The notes below the pieces were generated by a model. That model was not told where the DNA came from. It saw only the letters and a program-made list of their open reading frames with translations, and did no database searches. Below, in pieces: positions 37,796 to 51,938 of a DNA stretch of 64,000 bases. The DNA lies in NCBI GenBank assembly GCA_038087875.1, contig CM075993.1, positions 10,976,001-11,040,000 of the forward strand, read 5' to 3'. The stretch comes from Malacoraja senta. Its lineage: Eukaryota. The position numbers and the translations under genes are program-made. The stretch's first letter is position 1. Each line of letters starts with the position of its first letter.

Positions 37796-38211
37796 GCAGG
37801 AGGAATCACAGAGGGGGAGCATCGAGAGAGGATGTTGCAGAACTCTCGTCGGAGAGAGGAGAAGAACTTCTTCAAAGTAGGCATGCCTTGAGGAGATTTC
37901 GCAGTGGAGCAGACGAAGGAAAAAACTGCAGATGCTAGTTTACACTGAAGATACACAGAAAACACTGGAGTAATTCAGCGGGACAGGCAGCATCTCTGGA
38001 TAAAGCTCTGCCTTGCAGGGAGTGTGGGCTGATGTCTCACTGTGGTAGGGATGTTGACCACATCTCCCTTTGATGCCCACCAAGGGCTGAGTGAACAGGG
38101 CAGCATTTCACAGTTTGGAACCAAAAGGCATGGAATAAAACAGGACGGTGGCACAGCAGGTAGAACTGCTCCCTCACAGCACAAGAGACCCTGTTTTCTC
38201 TGGAAGTATAA

Positions 38212-38447
38212 TTTAGTTTTAGTTTAGAGATACGGCATGGAAACAGGCCCTTCGGCCCACCAAGTCTGCACCGACCAGCGATCCCCGCACACTAACACTA
38301 TCCTACACACACTAGGGACAATTTACAATTATACCAAGCCAATTAACCTACAGACCTGTACGTGTTTGCAGTGTGGGAGGAAAGTGAAGATCTCAGAGAA
38401 AACCTATGCAGGTCACGGGGAGAACGTACAAACTCCACACAGACAGC
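38212..38447 (-). mobile_element. HE1-like V-SINE, 5'-truncated
   Basis: Reverse-complement SINE core and tail. Confidence 0.8.
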
Positions 38448-38467
38448 GCCCATACAGGCAGCGCGGG

Positions 38468-39058
38468 GTGTAAATGGAGTCAATGGAAGAGAGGTTGGTT
38501 TGTGTGATGGTCTGGGCTGCGTCCACAATCCGCTGCAGTTTCTTGTGGTCTTAGATGGAGCTGTTCCCAAACCAAGCTGTGATGCATCCCGACAAAATGC
38601 TATCTATGGCGCATCTGTAGAAGTTGGTGAGAGTTGTAGGGGACATGCAAAACTTCCTAAGCCTTCTAAGGAAGTCGAGGCGTTGGTGTGCTTTCTTGGT
38701 TGTAGCCTCAATGTGGGTGATCCAGGAGAAGTTGTTGGTGATATTTACACCTAGGAACTTGAAGTTTACAACCATCTCCACTTCGGCACCGTCAATGGAT
38801 ACTGGGGTGTGAGTACCACTTCACTTCCTGAAGTCGATCACTATCTCCTTTGTGTTGCTGACATTGAGAGAAAGGTTGTTGTCTCGACACAAGGACACGA
38901 GGTTCTCGATCTCCTTCCTGTATTGCGTCTCATCATTATTTGATATCCGGCCCACAATGGTGGTGTCGTCTGCAAATTTGAAAATGGAATCAGATTTGTA
39001 CATGGCTGCACAGTGGTGGGTGTACAAGGAGTAAAGAAGGGAGCTGAGAACGCATCCT
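38468..39058 (-). mobile_element. Rex1/Babar LINE RT fragment
   Basis: FKFADDTTIVGRISNNDE, TKEIVIDFRK, FKFLGVNITNN, NFYRCAIDSILSGCITAWFGN. Confidence 0.9.
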
Positions 39059-39144
39059 TAGTCCACAATGGTCCATTATAGGCTGTGGAAGAGGTAATAA
39101 CGAAGGGATATGTGGACACGAAACATGACCTATTCCTTTTCACC

Positions 39145-39680
<536 letters not shown>

Positions 39681-40364
39681 TATGTGGGGAAACCCGGGGG
39701 GGGGGGGGGGCAGGGGGCACGTCCCCCCCATGTTTTGTAATCCGGATTTTGAAATTCGGTGAAAAAATCTATTAAAAATCTCCCCTTTCTGCGAGACAGT
39801 GGGGGTAGGACTGATGATCGAGGGTGCCGATTGGACGAGAGAGACATCGGTCAGCAGGCAACGGGGGGGGGGGGGCGGGACATGATTCAGCGCGATCATT
39901 GGTGGAGGGAGGTGTGGATCAGAGGCGGAAGTAAGGGGGTGGGACTGAGGATAGAGCGCGGTGATTGGAGGAGGGAGACGTCCTGGTGGAGCAAAGATCA
40001 TAGAGTGGAGCTTGAATCGACCCGTTTGCGGGGCCTTTCATCGCCCGGCGCGGCGCAGTTGAAATGCGGCCGCGGGATCTTCCATCCCACGCCTTCAAAA
40101 TTGCAGCGTCGAGGCGATTGAGGCTCCCGAAGTTGAAGCCCCGCCGGTCGATGAAAGGCCCCACCAACGGGCCCATTGAAGCTCCACGATTCGGGTCGGA
40201 CGAAGCTGCTGTTGCTGGAGTTCAGAGTCGGTCACCAACCAGGTCAGCTCCCAATGTTACCGTCCACAGGGCCCACGGCTGAAGCCTTGCGTGTGTGCGC
40301 ATGCACGTGCGACCACCAAGAAATTGTGCCTCCCCCATGTTTTGATAGCGATTTCCGCCCCTGC

Positions 40365-40504
40365 TCACGCACACATACACACGTGCACACATACAGACAC
40401 GCACACACACATACAGACACAGACATGCACACACGCGCGCACACACACAAACACGCACACACACATACACACATACACAGACACGCACACACACAGACAC
40501 AGAA

Positions 40505-40540
<36 letters not shown>

Positions 40541-40579
40541 ACACACACACACACACAGCCACAGACATGCACAGACACA

Positions 40580-40614
<35 letters not shown>

Positions 40615-40635
40615 CCACAGACATGCACAGACACA

Positions 40636-40673
<38 letters not shown>

Positions 40674-40747
40674 TACACAGACACACACACACACACACAG
40701 ACACAGACATGCACAGACACACACACACACACAGACACAGACACACA

Positions 40748-40783
<36 letters not shown>

Positions 40784-41434
40784 TGCACAGACACAGACAC
40801 ACACACACACACAGACACAGAAACGCGCACACACACACAGACGCACACACACAGACACAGACATGCACAGACACAGACACAGACACACACACACACACAG
40901 ACACGCACACACACAGACACAGACATGCACAGACACAGACACAGACACACACACACACACACACACAGACACGCACACACACAGACACAGACACGCACAC
41001 ACACACACACAGACACGCACACACACAGACACAGACATGCACACACGCACACACACACACAGACACGCACACACACAGACACAGACATGCACACACGCAC
41101 ACACACACAGACACGCACACACACAGACACAGACATGCACACACGCACACACACACAGATGCGCACACACACACACACACACACAGACATGCACACACAC
41201 AGACAGACATGCATAGACACAGACACACACACACAGACATGCACACACATGCACACACACACGCACACACACGCACACACACACACACAGACACGCACAC
41301 ACACAGACACAGACACACACAGACACACAGACACACACACACAGACACACACACACACACAGACACGCACAGAGACAGACATCACATACACACACAGACA
41401 CAGACACACACAGACACACAGACACACACACACA

Positions 41435-41476
<42 letters not shown>

Positions 41477-41763
41477 CAGACACAGACACGCACAGACACG
41501 CACACACACAGACACAGACATGCACAGAGACAGACACACACACACACACATACACACACACACACAGACACGCACAGAGACAGACACACACATACACACA
41601 CACACACAGACACGCACAGACACAGACACACACACACATACACACACACACACACAGACACGCACAGAGACAGACATCACATACACACACACAGACAGAC
41701 ACACACACACACACACAGACACAGACACGCACACACACAGACACACACACACACACACACACT

Positions 41764-41794
<31 letters not shown>

Positions 41795-41832
41795 AGATAC
41801 GCACACACACAGACACACAGACACGCACACAA
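40365..41832. repeat. About 1.5-kb compound (CA)n/(CACAGA)n microsatellite
   Basis: Directly visible. Confidence 0.97.
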
Positions 41833-42637
41833 CACCACTAGCCCCGTAATCCACAGTCTGTTTCTCTGCCTCTACACATAGACCAGGCCTGTATTCTGAG
41901 ACTGTGACCACAGCCAGGGAGACGTATCATTGCCCCCAACTATACAGCCGAGGACTTTGTATGTTTCAGTGTGTTTCACCTCTTTTCTTTAAACTCTGGC
42001 AAACATGGGCCTGGACTACTCCATCTCATGTGGCCAACCAGTCTGGTGAAACTTTACTGTAGGAAGAGTCTCCTTCCTTGTGAAGGGGATTAACGGTGCA
42101 CAATACTCCACGTGTGGTCTCACTAACGCCGTACACTTGCAGTAAGACATCCCTCCTCTTGTACTGAACTCCTCCACTAATACAGGCCCATATACCATGT
42201 GCTTTCCTAGTTGCCTGTGGTACCTGCCTGCTAGTTTGCAGTAACTTCTCAATTGCTCACCATTTAAAAAAAAAACTCACCATTTTTGTTATTTTTTGCA
42301 CTCAATGTACCATGTTTTGTTAATGCACTTTTTTGAAAAACATTTTTTTCTCTCTCGAAGCCTCCTTGGGATCTCATCACCATGCACGTTCTAATTTAGT
42401 TTTATGGTGCAGACAAGGATAGGGATGATTCTATTAGTTAAATCGTTGCCACGGATAGCGAATAGCTGGGGCCAAGCACCAATCCCTGTGGTGGGCCACT
42501 GGACACAAGATGGACATCTTTATTACTCTTTGCTTTCTATGTGGTAATCAATCCTCAATCCATCTTGGTATATTACAGCCAATTCCACGTGCACTCTAGA
42601 ATATTAACCCCAATTTCCTGATTTATACCCTGCCTTA

Positions 42638-43946
42638 CAATAGACAATAGACAATAGGTGCAGGAGTAGGCCATTTGGCCCTTTGAGCCAGCACCGCCAT
42701 TCAATGTGATCATGGCTGATCATCCCCAATCAGTACCCCGTTCCTGCCTTCTCCCCATATCGCCTGACTCCACTATCTTTAAGAGCCCTATCTAGCTCTC
42801 TCTTGAAAGTATCCAGAGAACCGGCCTCCACCACCCTCTGAGGCAGAGAATTCCACAGACTCACAACTCTCTGTGAGAAAAAGTGTTTCCTCATCTCCGT
42901 TCTAAATGGCTCACAATTTACAATTTACAATTTGTTTATTTGTCTTTTGGACAGATTTGTCATTTGGAACCCGTTGAGGTCCAAACGAAATGTCGTTTCT
43001 GCAGCCATACATTACAAAACGAAGAAGACCCGAGACACAACACAATTTACACATACATCCATCACAGCGCTGTGATGGAAGACAAAAAAACGTATCTCTC
43101 CACTGCCCTCCCCCCCCCGATGTCAGAGTCAAAGTCAAAGCCCCCGACGGGCGATGGTGATTATCCCGCGGCCATTAAAGCCACGCCGGTTAATGCAAGG
43201 TCGCGCACCCGGTCTTGGTGTTAGAGCCCCAGCGCGCGCTCGCAAAGTCTGGCGGCCATTCCAAGCCGCGCGGGGGGATAAAGCCCCGCTCCAGGTGCTC
43301 TTCAACCCCGCAACTCGGGCGGGAGAAGTCGCCGCTGCAGAAGCCCCGAAAAGCGGTCTCCCACCAGGGGACCCGCGGGCTTCCGGTGTTGCCGTCCGCC
43401 AGACCCGCGGTTGTAGCCTCCGAATCTCCGGGGGTCGGGTCGCAGCAGCGATTGTTTCCACCACAGCTCCACCCGCTCCGGACTCGGCCAGCCCCGTGAC
43501 GGTGAGTAGTCCGCAGCTCCGCAACTGGAGCCCCAGGTCGTTCCTGCTGGAGGCCGCTCCACGTTGCCCAGCCCCAACGACAACGGAGACCCGACAAAGA
43601 AAAGGTCGGGTCTCCCGTGCAGGGGAAAGATTTCAAAGTCCCCCCCCCACCCCACCCTACCCCACCCCCACCCCCCCACACGCATACCCCGACAAAAAAA
43701 ATAATAAAAAACTACATAAAAACGAGACAAAAATAATAAAAAGACAGACGGACTGCAGAGGCCGCTGCAAACGAGAGTCGCGCCGCCCACTGTAAGTCAC
43801 CCCTTATTCTTAAACTGTGGCCCCTGCTTCTGGACTCCCCCAACATCGGGAACATGTTTCCTGCCTCTAGCGTGTCCAAACCCTTAATAATCTTATATGT
43901 TTCAATAAGATCTCCTCTCATCCTCCTAAATCACAAAGTGTACAAG
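42638..43946 (-). mobile_element. CR1 3' end split by an ~880-bp GC-rich insertion (42915-43797)
   Basis: CR1 sequence TTCTAAATGGC-TYAC-CCCTTATTCTTAAACT is continuous at 34257-34285 but broken here. Confidence 0.8.
42915..43797 (-). mobile_element. GC-rich non-autonomous retroelement with (AAATTGT)n tail
   Basis: Tandem ACAATTT at the left junction, short TCAC duplication at the junctions, CpG-rich body, no credible ORF. Confidence 0.55.
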
Positions 43947-44089
43947 CATTATCATTGCTGTTCAGGGTGTCTATCTGAGAGCTGGTTACCAAACTCTCAG
44001 AACTGGGTCTCTGTGCATCCCTCTGCAATTGGATCCTCGACTTCCTCATTCACAGGCCACAGTCTGTTCGTATTGGTGGAAATGTGTCA

Positions 44090-45060
44090 GACTCGATAAC
44101 AATCAGCACAGGAGCACCTCAAGGCTGCGTGCTCAGCCCCCTGCTGTACTCACTCTATATGGCTGTGTAGCCGGTCATAGTGCGAACTCCATCATCAAGT
44201 TCACCGGTGACACCACTGATGTGGGACGAATCACTGATGGTGACGAGTCAGAGTATAGAAGTGAGATCGACCGATTGACCAAATGGTGCCAGCACAATAA
44301 CCTGGCTCTCAACACCAGCAAAACCAAGGAACTGATTGGGGACTTTGGAAGGGGTAGGATAGGGACCCACAATCCCGTTTACATCAACGGGACGATTGTG
44401 GAAAGGGTCAAGAACTTCAAATTCCTGGGCGTGCACTTTTCCGAAGATCTTTCCTGGTCCCAGCACATTGATGCAATCATAAAGAAAGCACATCAGCACC
44501 TCTACTTCCTGAGAAGGTTACAGAGAGTCGGTGTGTCAAAGAGGACTCTCTCGAACTTCTACAGGTGTACAGTAGAGAGCATGCTGACCGGTTGCATCGT
44601 GGCTTGGTTCGGCAACTTGACCGTCCAGGAGCAGAAAAGGCTGCAGAAAGTTGTGACCACTGCCCAGTCCAGCATCGGCTCTGACCTCCCCACCATCGAA
44701 GGGATCTATCGCAGTCGCTGCCTCAAAATGGCAGCCAACATCAAGGACCCACACCATCCTGGCCACGCACTCATCTCTCCGCTACCATCGGGCAGAAGGT
44801 AGAGGAGCCTGAAATCTGTAACATCCAGGTTCAGGAACAGCTACTTCCCCACAGCCATCAGGCTATTCAACTTGCCAACAAACAGACTCTGAACTGTAAC
44901 AGCCTATTACACTTTATCTGCTTATTTATGTGTATATTGAACTGAACTGTTCTGTATTTTCGATTACAATACTTTGTTGTGCTGCAGCAAAAAAGAATTT
45001 CATTGTCCTATCTGGGACAGATGACAATGAACTCTCTTCACTCTCTTGACTCTTGACTTG
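44090..45060 (+). mobile_element. Rex1/Babar LINE RT fragment plus 3' tail
   Basis: IIKFTGDTTDVGRITDGDESEYR, NTSKTKEL, FKFLGVHFSEDLSW, FYRCTVESMLTGCIVAWFGN; (CTCTTGA)n tail. Confidence 0.9.
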
Positions 45061-45069
45061 ATGAACTCC

Positions 45070-45300
45070 TTCTGTCTGTACGGAGTTTGTACTTTCTCCC
45101 CGTGACCTGCGTGAGATCTTCGGTTTCCTCCCACACTCCAAAGACGTACAGGTTTGTAGGTTAATTGGCTTTGTATAAATGTAAGTTGTCCCTAGTGTGT
45201 GTAGGATAGTGTTAATGTGCGGGGATCGCTGGTCGGCGCGGACTCGGTGGGCCGAAGGGCCTGTTTCTGTGCTGTATCTCTAAACTAAACTAAACTAAAT
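45070..45300 (+). mobile_element. HE1-like V-SINE, 5'-truncated
   Basis: V core and tail (CTAAA)n. Confidence 0.8.
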
Positions 45301-45842
45301 CTACAGTCCCAGTTATTCAAATTGCAAGAACATTGATAAGGGCCTGATTCGAGTTAAATAAAACACAAAATATTGGAAACTCTCGTCAGGCCAGGCAGCA
45401 TCAGTGGAAAGAAAAACACAGTTGATGTTTCATGTGGAGTACACTTCATCAGAACTGGGAACGAAAATGTCTGAAGAAACATCACTTATTCCAGAGCCTG
45501 ACCCGCTGAGTTACTCCAGCAGTATGTGTGGATCTCAGAAAGAAAACAAGTTAGTTTACAGTTAGAGAGGAAGTGGGGGAGGGGCTTGGTGGAGCAAAGG
45601 GAATATCTCTGATAGAGTGAGAATGAATGGGTTAATATGACATTTGGAAATAAATTACGGGAAAAAAAAGTGCTGGAGGAACTCAGCGGGTCAGGCAGCA
45701 TCTGTGGACGGAAATTGTCAGATCTCCTTCAGAAAAGTCGACCTAAAACTTTGTCAGTCCATCTCCCTCCACAGATGCTGCCTGACCCACGGAGTTTCCC
45801 CAGTAGTTTGGATTTTGCTCGAGGTTCTAAATGCTCAAAGCT

Positions 45843-46365
45843 CAATGAAGGGGGACCTCATTGAAACTTACAGAATAGTGAAATGCCTGGACAGAGTGGA
45901 TGTGGAGAGGATGTTTCCACTAGTGGGAGAGTCTAGCACCAGAGGGCACAGCCTCAGAATAAAGGTATATATACCTTCGGAAAAGGAGATGAGAAAGAGT
46001 TGCTTTAGCCAGAGAATGGTGAATCTGTGGAATTCATTGCCACAGACGGCAATGGAGGCAAAGTCAATGGATATTTTTAAGGTGGGGTTTGACAGATTCT
46101 TGATTACTGTCAGTGTAATGGGGCTGAGAGGGAAAGAAAGATAGATCAGCCATGATTGAATGGCATAGACTTGATGGGTCATATGTCCGAATGGCCGTAT
46201 TCTGCTCCTGAATTTTTAAAGCGGAGATTGAAATGTTCTTGAATAGTAAGGGAGTCAAAAGTGACAGGGAGATTGGGGTTGAGTGGGAAGGATAGCTCAG
46301 CCATGATTGAATGGTGGAGTAGACTTGATGGGCCGAATGGAGTAATTTTTCTCCTATAACTTATG
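45843..46365 (+). mobile_element. CR1 LINE 3' end with duplicated tail
   Basis: MKGDLIETYRIVK...FSQRMVNLWNSLPQ; two successive CAGCCATGATTGAATGG tails. Confidence 0.85.
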
Positions 46366-46761
46366 AAGGTTCCAGCGCTTGCAATTTCCTTTGTCTCTTG
46401 AAGTAAGCTTGCTGTATACCTTTGATAAATGTTGCTAGCAGTGGGATATGGTCACCAGAATGACACTGTGGCAACAGGGAGAGAAAGAAGTGAGTCAAAA
46501 TCACTGATGGGAGACGGGCAGAAATGGGCAGATCCAACACAAACGGAGAGAAAGTACAAGGTACCTCAGGGAAGCCAACTTCAGATGCTGGTTTACACAA
46601 AAAGCAGACACAAAATGCTGGAGCAACTCAACGGGACAGGCAGTATTTCTGGTGAAAAGGAATGGGTGACGTGTCAGGTCGAGACCCTTCTTCGGACCCG
46701 AAATGTCACCTATTCCTTTTCTCCAGAGATGCTGCCTGTCCCGCTGAGTTGCGACAGCATT

Positions 46762-47078
46762 TTAGTTCAGTTTAGTTTGGAGAAACAGCGCGGAAACAGG
46801 CCCTTCGGCCCACTGAGTCCGCACCAACCAGCCATCCCCACCCATTAACACTATCCTACACACACTAGGGACAATGTACACTTATACCAAGCCAATACAG
46901 ACCTGCATGTCTTCGGAGTGTGGGAGGAAACTGAAGATCTCGGAGAAAACCCACGCAGGTCACGGGGAGAACGTACAAACTCCGTACAGACAGCACCCGT
47001 AGTCAGGATCGAACCCGGGCCTCCGGAGCTGCGAGCGCTGTAAGGCACCAACTCTGCCGCTCCACCACCGTTCCACCC
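46762..47078 (-). mobile_element. HE1-like V-SINE
   Basis: Reverse-complement SINE consensus including the B box (GGATCGAACC). Confidence 0.82.
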
Positions 47079-48169
47079 ATTTTGTGTCTACCTTTGATGT
47101 TCATGCAGGATTGGTATTAATAATACTGTGGTTCTCCAGTGTAAAGAGCCTGTTTCCATTCCGTCTTTCTCTGTGACTCTATGATCCTAAATATTTATCT
47201 ACCCTCATTGAAGTCATTTAAAAAATAGGTGCAAGTTGAACATTCGATTCAGTTTGAAGTAGCATACCAATAACTAACTCCTTCCGATCTGAGTACCTGC
47301 TTCTGTCTTGTCTGTTCTCTCTGCTTCCTTCTTCCCCAGTTAGTTCCTCTTTGGATCAATAAATTGTCATCAATTTTATAAGCTTCATCTTCTGTTGACA
47401 GGCAGGGCTTTATTGAACATCTTTTCAAAATCCATATCAATAACATCCCGAGTCAGTTCCTCAGCCACCACTTCAGACAAGTTTTCAAGCAAAAAATGAT
47501 CAGCTTTGACAGGCAAGACTTTTACTTTTAGCTTGCTCTGATCAGCGAAAAGCTTCACAATGTTACACACAAGTTGTACAAGACATTGGTGTGGCCTCCC
47601 CTATTGAGTTCGTAATTGTGTTCAGTTTTGGTCTCCCTGCTATAGGAAGGATATCATTAAACTGGAACAAGCGCAGAGAAGATTTCCAAGAGTGTAAATG
47701 TGGAATTCCTTGCCGCAGAAGGCTGCGGAGGACAAGTCAATGACTATTTTTTAGGCAGATTCTTGATTAGTACGGGTGTCAGGGGTTATGGGGAATGGCA
47801 GGAGAATGGAGTTAGGAGGGAGAGATAGATCAGCCATGATTAAATGTCGGAGTGGACTTGATGGGCCGAATGGCCTAATTCTGCTTCTATCACTTATGAT
47901 CTTATGACTCTCATGAGTTGATGCAAGGGACCTTTGGGGTTGTAAGCTGCCCAATGTACATGAAGCCACAACCGGAACACCGGATGTAGTCTGAAGAAGG
48001 GTCTCGATTTCCCCCTCATAAATCCATGCTGACTTTGACCGATCCTGTCACTGCTTTCAAATGCGCTGCTATAACATTTTTAATAATCGACCCAGGCATC
48101 TTCCCCACCACCGATGTATGGCCAACTGGTAAGGCTCATCTTAGGTCAACCTACTAATCCCTGGGATCA

Positions 48170-48818
48170 ATAAACAATAGACAATAGACAATAGACAATA
48201 GGTTCAGGAGTAGGCCATTCGGCCCTTCGAGCCAGCACTGCCATTCAATGTGATCATGGCTGATCATCCCCAATCAGTACCCCGTTCCTGCCTATTCCCC
48301 ATATTCCCTGACTCCGCTATTTTTAAGAGCCCTATCTAGCTCTCTCTTGAAAGCATCCAGAGAACCTGCCTCCACCGCCCTCTGAGGCAGAGAATTCCAC
48401 ACACTGACAACTCTCTGTGAGAAAAAGAGTTTCCTCATCTCCATTCTAAATGGCTTACCCCTTATTCTTAAACTGTGGCCCCTGGTTCTGGACTCCCCCA
48501 ACATCGGGAACATGTTTCCTGCCTCTAGCGTGTCCAAACCCTTAACAATCTTATATATTTCAATAAGATCCTCTCTCATCCTTCTAAACTCCAGAGTGTA
48601 CAAGCCCAAATCATTCTTGTAAATCTCCTCTGGACCTTCTCCAGAGCCAGCACATCCTTCCTCAGATATGGTGCCCAAAATTGCTCACATTATTCCAAAT
48701 GTGGCCTGACCAGTGCCTTATAGAGCCTCAGCATTACATCCCTGTTTTTGTATACAAGCCCTCTTGAAATAAATGCTAGCATTGAGTTTGCTTTCTTTAC
48801 CACAGATTTGACTTGCAG
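48170..48818 (-). mobile_element. CR1 LINE 3' fragment
   Basis: VVKKANSMLAFISRG, LYKALVRPHLE, LGLYTLEFRRMREDLIEIYKI; (AATAGAC)n tail. Confidence 0.9.
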
Positions 48819-49202
48819 AGTGCGATTGTTGGCAGAGTTGCATGGCATTCTCCATGGTGAAGGTACTCTCGATCTTGCCTGTTCCCCTCTGGGCCACTGC
48901 CTAACTCCTCCCCTCTGTGCTTGGGGCAATCTTCTGGGCTGCGCCGTTGGGTGCAGTCACCCCCACCACACCAGCCTCTCTGGACGAGGGTCAGTTGAGG
49001 AGAGATTTAAGATGAAGCTCTGCCTTCCAGTTCTAAACCCTGAAGCTCTGAGGTGACCAGTTCTGTGAATGTGCGATCTGGAAACTCACCTCCCTCTGTG
49101 ATACTCCACAGAGGCTCTCCCCCACCACCCTTCAATCTCCAAGATCTTACGTTGGCAGCCAGAGACACCTCCAGGAGATGTGGTTCCACAGGACACACCT
49201 TT

Positions 49203-50062
49203 TTAACCAGGATGTTGCCAGGCCTAGAGGGTCTGAGCTATAGGGAGAGGTTGAGTTGGCTGGGACTCTATTCTTTGGAGTGCAGGAGGATGAGGGGTGA
49301 TCTTATAGAGTTGTGTATATATCCCCTATATCAAACATTTTCTAACCCATTCTACCTCCAGGTCCCTCAGGTCGGCCGACTTGGGGCTATTGACTATCCC
49401 ACGGTCTAGGTTTAAGCTCAGGGGTGACCACGCTTTCGCGGTTGCAGCACCTAGAGTGTGGAACAGCATCCCGCTCCTCATCAGAACTGCCCCCTCCATC
49501 GACTCCTTTAAGTCGAGGCTCAAAACCTATTTCTACCCCCTAGCGGTTTTGAGGCCCTCTGAGGGGGCGCTGTAAACAGTTTATGTATGTATTGTTAGGT
49601 CTGTGTACCATTGTATGTAGCACATTAGTACCTTCACTGATGTGAAGCACTTTGGTCAACGTGAGTGGTTTTTAAATGTGCTATACAAATAAAATTGATT
49701 GATTGATTGTGTAAGATCATGATAGGAATAGATCGGGGAGATGCACAGAGTCTCTTGCCCAGAGTAGGGGAATCGAGGACAAGAGGACATAGGTTTATGG
49801 TGAAGGGAAAAAGATTTAATAGGAATCTGAGGGGTAACTTTTTCACACAAAGGGTGGTGGGTGTATGGAACGAGCTGCCAGATGATTTAGTTGAGGCTGG
49901 GACTACCCCAACATTTATAGTACGAAGCAGTTAGACATGTACATGGATAGGACAGGTTTGGAGGGATATGGACCAAATGCTGGCAGGTGGGACTAGTGTA
50001 GCTGGGACATATTGGACAAGTAGGGCCTGTTTCCACACTGTGTCATTCTATGACTATGACTC
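49203..50062 (+). mobile_element. CR1 3' end interrupted by an L2 fragment
   Basis: TRMLPGLEGLSYRERL...MRGDLIEL, resuming KIMIGIDR...FFTQRVVGVWNELP. Confidence 0.85.
49320..49707 (+). mobile_element. L2-clade LINE 3' fragment
   Basis: LLTIPRSRFKLRGDHAFAVAAPRVWNSIP...FKSRLKTYFY; L2-type end and (GATT)n; flanked by TTGTGTA duplication. Confidence 0.85.
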
Positions 50063-50889
50063 CATGATGTGTGTCCCATGTTCCCACAAGGCACAAAAAC
50101 CACAGGCAGTGAGTGTCTGTGATGTCAAATCCATGATGCAGCTGTATAAGGCTTTGGTTAGGCCACATCTGGAGTATTGAGTGCAGTTCTGGTTGCCTCC
50201 TTACAGGAAGAATGTGGAGACTTTGGAGAGTTTATTAGAGGATGTTTACCAGGATGATGCCTGGATTAGAGGTTCCAGCTACATTCATAAAGTCATGTTC
50301 ATAAGTTGTAGGAGCAGAATTAGGCCATTCGGCCCATCAAGTCTACTCTGCTATCCAATCGTGGATGATCTATCTCTCCCTCTCAACCCCATTCTCCTGC
50401 TTTCTCCCCATAACCCCTGGCACCCGTACTAATCAAGAATTTTTCAATCCCTGCCTTAAAAATATCCACTGATGGCCGACAAATTGGATAACTGTGGATT
50501 GTTTCCTCTGGAACGTCAGTTGAGGGGAGACTTGGTGGTAGTATATAAAATTATGAGGGGTACAGATACGGTAGACAGTCAGAACCTTTTCCCCACGTAT
50601 GGAGATGTCCAACACTAGAGGGCGTAGCTATAAAGTGAGAGGGGGAGAGTATAATGGAAATGTGCGGGGCAAGATTTTTACACAGAGGGTGGTGGGTGCC
50701 TGGAAGGCACTGCCTGGGTTGGTGGTGGAGGCAGATACGATAGTGGTGTTTAAGTGGCTTTTAGACAGGCACATGGAAGTGCAGGGAATAGAGGGATAGG
50801 GATCATGTACAGGCTGATGAGATCAGATTTGTTCGGCATCATGTTCGGCACAAACATTGTGGGCCGAATGGCCTGTTTCCATGCTGTAG

Positions 50890-51150
50890 TTTAGTTCAGT
50901 TTCGTTTAGTTTAGAGATATAGTACGGAAACAGGCCCTTCGGCCCACTGGTGTACACCGACCAGTGATCCCCGCACTATCCTACCCACACTAGGGACAAT
51001 TTACATTTACTAAGCCAATTAACCTCCAAACCCGTACGTCTTTGGAGTGTGGGAGGAAAACGAAGATCTTGGAGAAAACCCACGCAGTCACGGGGCGAAC
51101 GTACAAACTCCGTACACACAGGATTGTACCTGGGTCTCTGGCGCTGTAAG
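50890..51150 (-). mobile_element. HE1-like V-SINE
   Basis: Reverse-complement SINE consensus. Confidence 0.78.
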
Positions 51151-51384
51151 TACCTGTATCTCTAAACAAAACTATCAGCCGTAAAATTGTCATGTGATGT
51201 CTATATTTATACACTCTTCCAACAGTAGATGGCAATGCGGTCCCACAGGCCCCCTGGAATAGAGCAGAGGAGTGGAGAGGGTAGATGAGGGCAGTGGAGT
51301 TGATGTTATCTACATGGAATTTCAAACCTACTCTGAACAGACTTGTTAACTCAAAGGATTGAAGAATTGATGCAATATTCGGTC

Positions 51385-51938
51385 AGTTCAGTTTAGTTTA
51401 TTGTCACGTGTACCGAAGTACAGTGATAAGCTTTTGTTGCGTGCTATCCAGTCAGCAGAAAGACAATACATGATTACAATCGAGCCGTTTACAGCGTTTA
51501 GATACATGATAAGGGAATAATGTTTATTGCAAGGTATGCCCAGTAAAGTCCGATCAAAGATAGTCCGAGGGTCACCAATGAGGTAGATAGTAGCTCAGGA
51601 CTGCTATCTGGTTGTGGTAGGATGATTCAGTTGTCGGATAACAACTGGGAAGAAACTGTCCCTGAATCTGGAGGTGTGCGTATTCACACTTCTGTACCTT
51701 TCGCCCGATGGGAGAGGGGAGAAGAGGGAGTGGCCAGGGTGCGACTCGTCCTTGATTATGCTGCTGGCCTTGCCGCGGCAGCGTGAGGTGTAAATGGAGT
51801 CAATGGAAGGGAGGTTGGTTTGTGTGATGGTCTGGGTTGTGTCCACAATTCGCTGCAATTTCTTGCAGTCTTGGATGGAGCTGTTCCTAAACCGAGCTGT
51901 GATGCATCCTGATAAAATGCTTACTATGGTGCATCTGT
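51385..51938 (-). mobile_element. Rex1/Babar LINE 3' end
   Basis: YRCTIVSILSGCITARFRN...LPSGERYRS...RFRDSFFP and 3' UTR. Confidence 0.88.

Noticed and set aside
43135..43795. GC-rich ORFs of 130-213 aa
   Set aside because: Inside an inserted repeat, open in several frames because of GC content, no domain motifs.
48820..49200. Unique segment between inverted CR1 fragments as a possible exon
   Set aside because: No recognisable protein similarity or convincing splice-bounded frame.
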